Below, in pieces: positions 29,346 through 37,535 of a stretch of 64,000 bases of DNA. The notes under the pieces were generated by a model that was not told where the DNA came from, ran no database searches, and was given only the letters and a program-made list of their open reading frames with translations. Where the stretch lies: NCBI GenBank assembly GCA_963815115.1, contig CAWFFN010000012.1, positions 32,001-96,000 of the forward strand, read 5' to 3'. Position 1 is the stretch's first letter. Every line of letters begins with the position of its first letter. Origin of the DNA: an uncultured delta proteobacterium. GTDB taxonomy: Bacteria > Desulfobacterota > Binatia > DP-6. The translations under genes and the position numbers were made by a program.

Positions 29346-32300
29346 ATGGACGACACGGCTCACCGCGCCATCGCCGTCGTGGGGCTCGGCGCGATCCTCC
29401 CGGACGCCCCCAGCGTCGCGGCGTTCTGGCAGAATCTCTGCGACGGCCGCTACAGCATCGGGGCGGTCCCGGAAGGTCGCTGGGACCCGGGCCTGTACTA
29501 CGATCCCGATCCCGCCGTTCCCGACAAGACCTACTCGAAGATCGGCGGCTGGGTGCGCGAGGCGCCGTGGGCCCCCGTCGAGTGGAAGCTGCCCATCCCT
29601 CCGCGGGTCAGCGACGCCATGGACGAGGGCCAGAAGTGGGCCATCGCCTGCACCCGCCAGGCTCTGGACGATCTGGCCGAGTCGGGGCACGGCCTCGATC
29701 CCGAGCGCACGGCGGTGGTGCTCGGCAACGCCATGGCGGGGGAGAAGCACTACCTCACGGTGTTGCGCATCCAGTTCCCGGAGTTTGCCGACGAGCTGGC
29801 GAAGGCGCCGAGCTTCGGCGCGCTGCCTCGCGCGGCGCGCGACGCCATCCTGCGCGAGCTCCACGCCGGGGTCGCGCACCGGCTCCCGGAGATCACCGAG
29901 GACACCATGCCGGGCGAGCTCGCCAACTGCATCGCCGGGCGGATCGCCAACCTGTTCAACTTCCGCGGCCCGAACTACGTGGTCGATGCGGCCTGTGCGT
30001 CCGCGCTCGCCGCCATCAGCGCCGCCGCCGAGGGGCTCATCGAGGGCGAGTACGACGCCGTCGTCGCCGGCGGCATCGATCGCAACATGGGCGCGTCGTC
30101 GTTCACCAAGTTCTGCAAGATCGGTGCGCTCTCCGCGACGGGCACGCGGCCCTACGCCGACGGCGCGGACGGCTTCGTCATGGGTGAAGGCGCGGCGGTC
30201 TTCGTGCTGAAGCGGCTCGCCGACGCCGAGCGTGCGGGCAACCGCGTCTATGCGGTCATCCGCGGCCTCGGCGGCTCGAGCGACGGCAAGGGCAAGGGCA
30301 TCACTGCGCCGAATCCGGTCGGACAGCGTCTGTCCATCGAGCGCGCCTGGCGCAATGCCGGACTCGCCCCGGCGACGGCGACCTACGTCGAGGGGCACGG
30401 CACCTCCACCCGAGTCGGCGACCTCGTCGAGGTGCAGAGCCTGAGCGAGGTGTTCGCGGCGGCGGGAGCGGCGCCGGGGACGATCGCGCTCGGCTCGGTG
30501 AAGTCGAACATCGGCCACCTGAAGGCCGCCGCCGGCGCGGCCGGGCTGCTCAAGACGGTCCTCGCCCTGCATCACGAGATGCTGCCGCCGAGCCTGCACT
30601 GCGAACGTCCGAACCCCGGCATCGACTTCGCGGCTTCGCCGTTCCGTGTGAACACCGCGGGGCGCCCGTGGGAGGTCCGGAGCGACGAGGTCCGCCGCGC
30701 CGGGATCAGCGCCTTCGGGTTCGGGGGCACCAACTTCCACGCCGTCGTGGAGCAGTTCGTCCCCGGGCGACTCGACGGCACGAGTCGCCGGAGTCGCGTG
30801 GTCAGCGCCGGCGTGCCGGCGGCGCCCCCGGATGCCGCGATGCCCAGGCCTCCGCTGCGCGGAGCGCTGGTGCTGGGCGCGCCGTCGGTGGCGGCGCTCG
30901 CCGAGCGCGTGCGCACGGTCGCCGGCGAGGCCGGTGCCGGCGTCGCGCCGGCGCCCGCACCGCCGGAGGAGGTCGACCTGCGCCAGCCCGAGCGCCTCGC
31001 GATCGACTACGGCGACGCGGCCGAGCTCGCCGACCGGGCGGCCAGGGCACTCGACGCCCTCGCCAGCGATGCGCCCGCGGCCTGGAAGGCGCTCCGCGCC
31101 CAGGGGATCTTCCGCGGCCACGGTGCCGCGCCCAAGGTCGCCTTTCTCTATACCGGGCAGGGCTCGCAGTACGTGAACATGCTGAAGGGGCTGCGCGCGG
31201 CCGAGCCGATCGTCGCCGACACCTTCGCGCTCGCCGACCGCGTGATGAGCCCGCTGCTGGGCCGGCCGCTCACCGATTACATCTTCGCCGCCGAAGACGC
31301 CGAAAGCATCGCGAGCGCCGAGGAGGCGCTCAAGCAGACAGCGGTGACGCAACCCGCCGTGCTGGCAGCCGACGCCGCGCTCACGCGCCTGCTCGCTGCC
31401 TACGGCATCGTGCCCGATCTGGTGATGGGACACAGCCTCGGCGAGTACGGCGCACTGGTCGCGGCGGGTGCCTTGCCGTTCGAGGATGCCCTCGAGGCGG
31501 TGAGCGCGCGCGGCCGCGAGATGACGAGCCTCACGATCGAGGACTGCGGTGCGATGGCCGCCGTGCTGGCACCCCTGGACGAGGTGGAGCGCATCCTCGG
31601 AGGCGTCGAGGGGTACGTCGAGATCGCGAACCTGAACAGCACCAAGCAGTGCGTGATCGGCGGCGCGACGGCGGCCGTCGAGCGCGCGATCGCCGCGGTG
31701 CAGGCCGCGGAGTACACGGCCATCCCGCTGCCGGTGAGCCACGCCTTCCACACCCGCATCGTGGCGCCGGCGAGCGAGCCGCTGCGCCTCGTGCTCGGGC
31801 GGCTCCGGCTCCAGTCGCCGACGCTGCCCATCGTTGCCAACGTGAGCGGCGAGTTCTACCCCATGGGCCCCGGGGTGGCGGCCGAGATGGTCGACATCCT
31901 CGGCCGCCAGGTGGCCTCGCCGGTCCAGTTCGTGAAGGGGCTGGAGACGCTGTATGCGGCCGGCGCGCGCGTCTTCGTCGAGGTCGGCCCCAAGCGCGCG
32001 CTGCAGGGCTTCGCCGACGACGTCCTCGGCGGCCGGCCGGACGTCGTCTCGCTCTTCACCAACCACCCCAAGCTGCCGGACGCGGTCGCCTTCAATCAGG
32101 CGCTGTGCGGGCTCTACGCCGCCGGCCTCGGGGTCGGCCGCGCCGCGCCCGCTCGCGTCCGCGACGTCGCCACCGCGGCCGCGGCGGTCCCCGCTCCCGC
32201 GCCGCTCGTGGCGCCCGCGGCGCACCTGCCGGTCGCGGCGCCCGCGGGCGAGGTCCCGGCCGAGACGCAGCGCGCGCTCGGGCGCCTCGCCCTCGCGTTT

Positions 32301-35300
32301 CTCGAGCGGGCGTCCGGCCTGATCCCCGGGGCGGCGCACGCGCAGGTGCCGGTCGTCGTCACCGGGGCGGCGCTCGGTCTCCCCGGCACCGAGCACGTGT
32401 TCGACGACGACAACGTCGGACAGCTGCTCCACGGCGCGCAGCTGATCGACGTCATTCCGGCGCGCTTTCGCCACGCGATCCTCGACAAGCACATCACGCG
32501 GCTGGTGAAGAGCGACGAGGGCGGCCACTTCGAGGTGATCGAGCACGAGAGCGACGTGCTCAAGCTCGCGGCCCGCGGCGGGGCGTTCGACCTCGGGGCG
32601 GAGTTCGGCGTCCCCGCCGAGCGCCTCGGCGCCCTCGACCGCACGACGCAGCTCGCCATCGGCGCGGGGATCGACGCCCTGCGCGATGCGGGCATCCCGC
32701 TCGTGATGCGCTATCGCACGACCAGCAAGGGCACGCGCCTGCCAGAGCGCTTCGAGCTGCCGGAGCCGCTCCGTGACGAGACCGGCGTCATCTTCGCATC
32801 GGCCTTCCCCGGCTATGACGCCTTCGCCGCCGAGCTGGCCGACTACCACTCCGACCGGGCGCGACGCGAGGAGCTGGCGCTGCTGGAAGGGTTGCGCACC
32901 CGGCTCGCCGAGTCGGCCAACGGCCACGACCTGTCCGTCACGGAGGTGGACCGGCTGATCCACGACCGCCGGACGGCGATCGAGCGGCAGCCCTACGCGT
33001 TCGACCGCCGTTTCCTGTTCCGCGTCCTCTCCATGGGGCACTCGCAGTTCGCGGAGCTGATCGGAGCGCGCGGGCCGAACACGCAGGTGAACGCCGCCTG
33101 CGCCAGCACGACGCAGGCGCTGGGGCTGGCGGAGGACTGGATTCACGCCGGCCGGTGCCGCCGCGTCATCGTCATCGCCGCCGACGACGTCACCAGCGAC
33201 CACCTGCTGGAGTGGTTCGGCGCTGGCTTCCTGTCGACGGGTGCCGCCGCCACCGACGACGTGATCGAGGAGGCCGCGCTGCCCTTCGACCGGCGCCGGC
33301 ACGGCATGATCCTCGGCATGGGCGCGGCGGCCATCGTCGTCGAGCACCCCGACGCCGCCCGCGAGCGCGGCATCCAGCCAGTCTGCGAGGTCGTGGCCAC
33401 CGTCACCGCGAACAGCGCCTTCCACGGGACGCGGCTCGACGTCGAGCACATCGGGCAGGTGATGGAGCAGGTCGTTGCCTGCGCCGAAGCGCGCACCGGC
33501 ATCCCGCGCGCCGTCATGGCGCCGCAGCTCATGTTCGTCTCGCACGAGACCTACACGCCGGCACGGGGAGGCAGCGCCGCGGCCGAGGTCCACGCCCTGC
33601 GCCAGACCTTCGGTGCGAACGCCGAGCGGATCGTGGTGGCGAACACGAAGGGATTCACCGGACATCCGATGGCGGTCGGCATCGAGGACGTGGTCGCCGT
33701 CAAGGCGCTGGAGACCGGGCTGGTGCCACCGGTCGCGAACTTCAAGGAAGTCGACCCGGAGCTCGGGCCGCTGCACCTCTCCCCCGGCGGCGCCCACGAC
33801 ATCGAGTGGGCGCTGCGTCTGGGCGCGGGCTTCGGCTCGCAGATCAGCATGGTGCTGCTGCGGCGGACGCCGCTCGCCCGCGAGACGCGTCCCGCGCCGG
33901 ACGAGCTCGGCTACGCCTCCCGCGTCATCAGCGCTGCTGCGTGGCGGGAGTGGCTGGCCCGCATGAGCGGCGAGGCGAGCCCCGAGCTCGAGGTCGTCGC
34001 CCGCACGCTCCGGGTGAAGGAGCGTGCGGGCGCCGCACGTCCGGTCGCCGTGGCGGCCGTGGCATCCCCGTTGCCCGTGCCCGTCGCTGCGCCGGCGCCG
34101 GCGGCCGTCGATCCCGTGGAAGCGCGCGTGCTCGCGGTCGTGGCGGAGAAGACCGGCTATCCGCCGGACATGCTCGCGCTCGACCTCGACCTCGAGGCCG
34201 ATCTCGGCGTGGACACCGTCAAGCAGGCCGAGACGTTCGCGGCGGTGCGGCAGGCGTACGACATCCCGCGCGACGACAAGCTCAAGCTGCGCGACTTCCC
34301 GACCCTCGCCCACGTCATCCAGTTCGTCTACGACCGCCGGCCCGACCTGGTGGCGGCGAGGGCCGCCGTGCCCGCCGCGGCGCCGGCGCCGGCGGCGGGA
34401 GCCGTCGCGGAGCGTGACGAGGTCCGCGAGCGGGTGCTCGCGATCGTGGCGGAGAAGACCGGCTATCCGTCGGACATGCTCGCGCTCGACCTCGACCTCG
34501 AGGCCGATCTCGGCGTGGACACCGTCAAGCAGGCCGAGACGTTCGCGGCGGTGCGGCAGGCGTACGACATCCCGCGCGACGACAAGCTCAAGCTGCGCGA
34601 CTTCCCGACCCTCGCCCACGTCATCCAGTTCGTCTACGACCGCCGGCCCGACCTGGTGGCGGCGAGGGCCGCCGTGCCCGCCGCGGCGCCGGCGCCGGCG
34701 GCGGGAGCCGTCGCGGAGCGTGACGAGGTCCGCGAGCGGGTGCTCGCGATCGTGGCGGAGAAGACCGGCTATCCGTCGGACATGCTCGCGCTCGACCTCG
34801 ACCTCGAGGCCGATCTCGGCGTGGACACCGTCAAGCAGGCCGAGACGTTCGCGGCGGTGCGGCAGGCGTACGACATCCCGCGCGACGACAAGCTCAAGCT
34901 GCGCGACTTCCCGACCCTCGCCCACGTCATCCAGTTCGTCTACGACCGCCGGCCCGATCTCGGACAGGGAGCGGGCGCGGCGAGTGACGACACGACATCG
35001 CGCGCTCCGGCCGCGGCGCCGGTGCCGGACCTCCGCATCCGTGCGCGCGTTCCGCGTCGCGTGCCCGTACCGGTGCTCCGGCCCGGGCTCGACCTCTGCG
35101 TGCCGACGGGCGTGACGCTGACGGGGGGGAGCCGTGTCCTCGTCATGGCGGATGGTGGTGGGGTCGCGGAGGCGCTGGCAACGCGCCTCCGCACCGAGGG
35201 AGTCACCGCGCTGGTGGTGGACGATGCGCCTGCGGCCGAGACGCTCGAGCAGCGGGTGCTGGGCTGGCTCGCCGACGGACCGATCCAGGGCGTCTACTGG

Positions 35301-37535
35301 CTGCCCGCGCTCGACGGCGACCCCGACCTCGCCGAGATGGACATCACTTCCTGGCGCGAGGCGCTGCGCGTGCGGGCGAAGCTCCTGCACGTCGTGCTGC
35401 GCCTCGTCGACGCGGGCATGGAGGAGCCCGGCCGCTTCCTGGTGGCGGCGACGCGACTCGGCGGACGGCACGGGTACGACGACGTCGACGTCCCCGCGCC
35501 GATGGGCGGCGCGGTGACGGGGCTGGTGAAAGCCTATCGCCGCGAGCGCGCGGCGCTCGTGAAGGCCGTCGACTTCGAATCCACCCGCGCGCCGGCGGAG
35601 ATCGCGGACGTGCTGGTGGCCGAGACGCTCGCCGACCCCGGGGCGGTGGAGATCGGCTACGCGGGCGGGTTGCGCTGGACGGTGGGCCTCGCGGACGCCC
35701 CAGCCGCAGATGGCCAGCCCGGCCTGGTCCTCGGCCGCGAGACGGTGTTCGTGGTGACCGGCGCGGCAGGCGGCATCGTGTCGGCCATCGTGGCGGACCT
35801 TGCCGCCGCCTCGGGTGGCAGCTTCCACCTCCTCGACCGGGTACCCGAGCCGAAGGAGGACGATCCCGACGTTGCCCGGCTCGATCGTGACCGCGACGGC
35901 CTCAAACGTGACCTCGCCGAGCGCCTGCGGGGCCGGGGCGAGCGGCCGACTCCAGCCCTCGTCGAACGTGAGCTGGCTGCGCTCGAGCGGGCGCAGACGG
36001 CGCTCGACGCGCTGCATGCCGTCCGCCGGGCGGGCGGAACCGCGTCCTACCACGCCGTCGATCTGCTCGACGCCGCCGCGGTCGCCGGGGTGGTCGACGA
36101 GATCCGGCGGCACCACGGCCGCATCGACGTCCTGCTCCACGCGGCGGGGCTCGAGGTGAGCCACCTGGTCGGACAGAAGCCGGCCACGGAGTTCGACCGC
36201 GTCCTCGACGTGAAGTGCGACGGCTGGTTCAACCTGATGCGCGCCGCCGCCGACCTGCCGATCGGCGCGGCGGTCGCTTTCAGCTCCATCGCCGGCCGCT
36301 TCGGCAACCGCGGCCAGACCGACTACAGCGCCGCCAACGACCTCCTCTGCAAATGGACCGCGAAGCTCCGGACCGTGCGACCGGCGATGCGCGCGATCGC
36401 CATCGACTGGACCGCCTGGTCCGACATCGGCATGGCCTCGCGCGGCTCGATCCCGACCGTGATGGCGGCAGCCGGGATCGACATGCTGCATCCGGACGAC
36501 GGCATCCCGATCGTGCGCGCGGAGCTGACGGCGGGCGGGACGCGGGGCGAGGTGGTGATCGCGGACCGCCTGGGCGTCCTCGTCGAGGAGTGGCACGCGA
36601 CGGGCGGACTCGACCCGGCCCGGGCCGAGCGTCTGGTGCAGGAAGCGGGGGGCCCGGTGCTCGGGTCGGTCGTCGAGATGGGCGTGCACGGCGGCCTCGC
36701 GGTCGAGACCATCCTCGACGCGCGACAGCCATTCCTGGGCGATCACCGCATCGACGGCACCCCGGTGCTCCCCGGTGTCATGGGCATCGAGGCGTTCGCG
36801 GAGGTGGCGGCGCTGCTCGTGCCCGGGTGGCACGTGCACGGCGTCGAGGACGTGCACTTCCTCGCCCCCTTCAAGCTCTACCGGGACGAGCCGCGCGCGG
36901 CGCGGATCGAGGCGACGCTGCGCGCGGACGGCGACGGCCTCCTCGCCGACTGCCGTCTCCTCGGCAGCCGGAAGCTTCCCGCCCAGGACGCGCCGCAGGT
37001 GACGACGCACTTCACCGCCCGCATCCGCCTCCGGCGCCCGGCGCCCGCGGTCGAGCACGCCGAGCCGCCCCCGCCGCCCAACGGGCGCGCGGTCACGGCC
37101 GAGGACATCTATCGCGTCTACTTCCACGGCCCGGCCTACCGCGTCCTCGAGCGCGTGTGGCGCGACGGCGACCGCGTCGTCGGGCTCATGGCCCGCGGGC
37201 TCCCGCCGGACCGCCTGCCCGCGGGATGCCGCACCCGTCTGGCTCCCCGCCTGATCGAGCTCTGCTTCCAGACCGCCGGCATCGCCGAGCTCGCGCGCAC
37301 GGGCCGCATGGGCCTGCCCGAACGCATCGAGCGCGTCGTGCCAGGGCAGCCGGACGAGGAGACCGACGAGCGGCTCTTTGCCGTCGTCAGCCGGCGGGCC
37401 GACGGCGCCTTCGACGCGCACGTCGTGGACGGGGCCGGGACCGTGCACGTCGCCCTGCACGGCTACCGCACGGTCGAGCTCCCGGCGAGCGTTGCCGACG
37501 CGCAGATCGCCGCGCTCCAGGCCGTCGCCGGGTGA
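29346..37535 (+). CDS. Iterative type I PKS/FAS-like synthase, KS-AT-KS-ACP-ACP-ACP-KR-DH (2729 aa), PfaA-related
   Basis: KS1 DAACAS/HGTST/KSNIGH; AT GHSLG and HAFH (malonyl); KS2 NAACAS/SHETYT/TKGFTGH; ACPx3 DLEADLGVDTVK; KR TGAAGGI, YSAAND; DH HRIDGTPVLPG; no ER or TE. Confidence 0.9.
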   Translation: MDDTAHRAIAVVGLGAILPDAPSVAAFWQNLCDGRYSIGAVPEGRWDPGLYYDPDPAVPDKTYSKIGGWVREAPWAPVEWKLPIPPRVSDAMDEGQKWAIACTRQALDDLAESGHGLDPERTAVVLGNAMAGEKHYLTVLRIQFPEFADELAKAPSFGALPRAARDAILRELHAGVAHRLPEITEDTMPGELANCIAGRIANLFNFRGPNYVVDAACASALAAISAAAEGLIEGEYDAVVAGGIDRNMGASSFTKFCKIGALSATGTRPYADGADGFVMGEGAAVFVLKRLADAERAGNRVYAVIRGLGGSSDGKGKGITAPNPVGQRLSIERAWRNAGLAPATATYVEGHGTSTRVGDLVEVQSLSEVFAAAGAAPGTIALGSVKSNIGHLKAAAGAAGLLKTVLALHHEMLPPSLHCERPNPGIDFAASPFRVNTAGRPWEVRSDEVRRAGISAFGFGGTNFHAVVEQFVPGRLDGTSRRSRVVSAGVPAAPPDAAMPRPPLRGALVLGAPSVAALAERVRTVAGEAGAGVAPAPAPPEEVDLRQPERLAIDYGDAAELADRAARALDALASDAPAAWKALRAQGIFRGHGAAPKVAFLYTGQGSQYVNMLKGLRAAEPIVADTFALADRVMSPLLGRPLTDYIFAAEDAESIASAEEALKQTAVTQPAVLAADAALTRLLAAYGIVPDLVMGHSLGEYGALVAAGALPFEDALEAVSARGREMTSLTIEDCGAMAAVLAPLDEVERILGGVEGYVEIANLNSTKQCVIGGATAAVERAIAAVQAAEYTAIPLPVSHAFHTRIVAPASEPLRLVLGRLRLQSPTLPIVANVSGEFYPMGPGVAAEMVDILGRQVASPVQFVKGLETLYAAGARVFVEVGPKRALQGFADDVLGGRPDVVSLFTNHPKLPDAVAFNQALCGLYAAGLGVGRAAPARVRDVATAAAAVPAPAPLVAPAAHLPVAAPAGEVPAETQRALGRLALAFLERASGLIPGAAHAQVPVVVTGAALGLPGTEHVFDDDNVGQLLHGAQLIDVIPARFRHAILDKHITRLVKSDEGGHFEVIEHESDVLKLAARGGAFDLGAEFGVPAERLGALDRTTQLAIGAGIDALRDAGIPLVMRYRTTSKGTRLPERFELPEPLRDETGVIFASAFPGYDAFAAELADYHSDRARREELALLEGLRTRLAESANGHDLSVTEVDRLIHDRRTAIERQPYAFDRRFLFRVLSMGHSQFAELIGARGPNTQVNAACASTTQALGLAEDWIHAGRCRRVIVIAADDVTSDHLLEWFGAGFLSTGAAATDDVIEEAALPFDRRRHGMILGMGAAAIVVEHPDAARERGIQPVCEVVATVTANSAFHGTRLDVEHIGQVMEQVVACAEARTGIPRAVMAPQLMFVSHETYTPARGGSAAAEVHALRQTFGANAERIVVANTKGFTGHPMAVGIEDVVAVKALETGLVPPVANFKEVDPELGPLHLSPGGAHDIEWALRLGAGFGSQISMVLLRRTPLARETRPAPDELGYASRVISAAAWREWLARMSGEASPELEVVARTLRVKERAGAARPVAVAAVASPLPVPVAAPAPAAVDPVEARVLAVVAEKTGYPPDMLALDLDLEADLGVDTVKQAETFAAVRQAYDIPRDDKLKLRDFPTLAHVIQFVYDRRPDLVAARAAVPAAAPAPAAGAVAERDEVRERVLAIVAEKTGYPSDMLALDLDLEADLGVDTVKQAETFAAVRQAYDIPRDDKLKLRDFPTLAHVIQFVYDRRPDLVAARAAVPAAAPAPAAGAVAERDEVRERVLAIVAEKTGYPSDMLALDLDLEADLGVDTVKQAETFAAVRQAYDIPRDDKLKLRDFPTLAHVIQFVYDRRPDLGQGAGAASDDTTSRAPAAAPVPDLRIRARVPRRVPVPVLRPGLDLCVPTGVTLTGGSRVLVMADGGGVAEALATRLRTEGVTALVVDDAPAAETLEQRVLGWLADGPIQGVYWLPALDGDPDLAEMDITSWREALRVRAKLLHVVLRLVDAGMEEPGRFLVAATRLGGRHGYDDVDVPAPMGGAVTGLVKAYRRERAALVKAVDFESTRAPAEIADVLVAETLADPGAVEIGYAGGLRWTVGLADAPAADGQPGLVLGRETVFVVTGAAGGIVSAIVADLAAASGGSFHLLDRVPEPKEDDPDVARLDRDRDGLKRDLAERLRGRGERPTPALVERELAALERAQTALDALHAVRRAGGTASYHAVDLLDAAAVAGVVDEIRRHHGRIDVLLHAAGLEVSHLVGQKPATEFDRVLDVKCDGWFNLMRAAADLPIGAAVAFSSIAGRFGNRGQTDYSAANDLLCKWTAKLRTVRPAMRAIAIDWTAWSDIGMASRGSIPTVMAAAGIDMLHPDDGIPIVRAELTAGGTRGEVVIADRLGVLVEEWHATGGLDPARAERLVQEAGGPVLGSVVEMGVHGGLAVETILDARQPFLGDHRIDGTPVLPGVMGIEAFAEVAALLVPGWHVHGVEDVHFLAPFKLYRDEPRAARIEATLRADGDGLLADCRLLGSRKLPAQDAPQVTTHFTARIRLRRPAPAVEHAEPPPPPNGRAVTAEDIYRVYFHGPAYRVLERVWRDGDRVVGLMARGLPPDRLPAGCRTRLAPRLIELCFQTAGIAELARTGRMGLPERIERVVPGQPDEETDERLFAVVSRRADGAFDAHVVDGAGTVHVALHGYRTVELPASVADAQIAALQAVAG
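34128..34957 (+). repeat. 306-bp tandem repeat encoding the three ACP domains
   Basis: TGGCGGAGAAGACC at 34141, 34447 and 34753; period-306 identity appears perfect over 34165-34957. Confidence 0.92.

Noticed and set aside
34128-34957. Repeat array considered as CRISPR or mobile-element repeat
   Set aside because: The 306-bp unit is in frame, encodes ACP domains, has no unique spacers, and no cas genes are nearby.
29286-37460. 2724-aa antisense ORF, and similar long reverse ORFs at 37463-40279, 40346-43081, 44639-48253, 21503-23974 and 10729-13203
   Set aside because: Shadow frames of high-GC coding genes; no recognisable motifs, and they mirror well-supported sense CDSs.
36215-37531. N-terminal extension of the carboxylase ORF, and similar extensions at 29004, 41584, 43281 and 47965
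   Set aside because: Arg/Ala/Gly-rich off-frame read-through overlapping upstream genes; true starts were set at SD-led or stop-overlapping codons.
29346-37535. Canonical PUFA synthase (pfa) cluster
   Set aside because: No PfaB/C/D equivalents (CLF, FabA-like DHs, ER); the extra KS and Thr-ACPs differ from PfaA.
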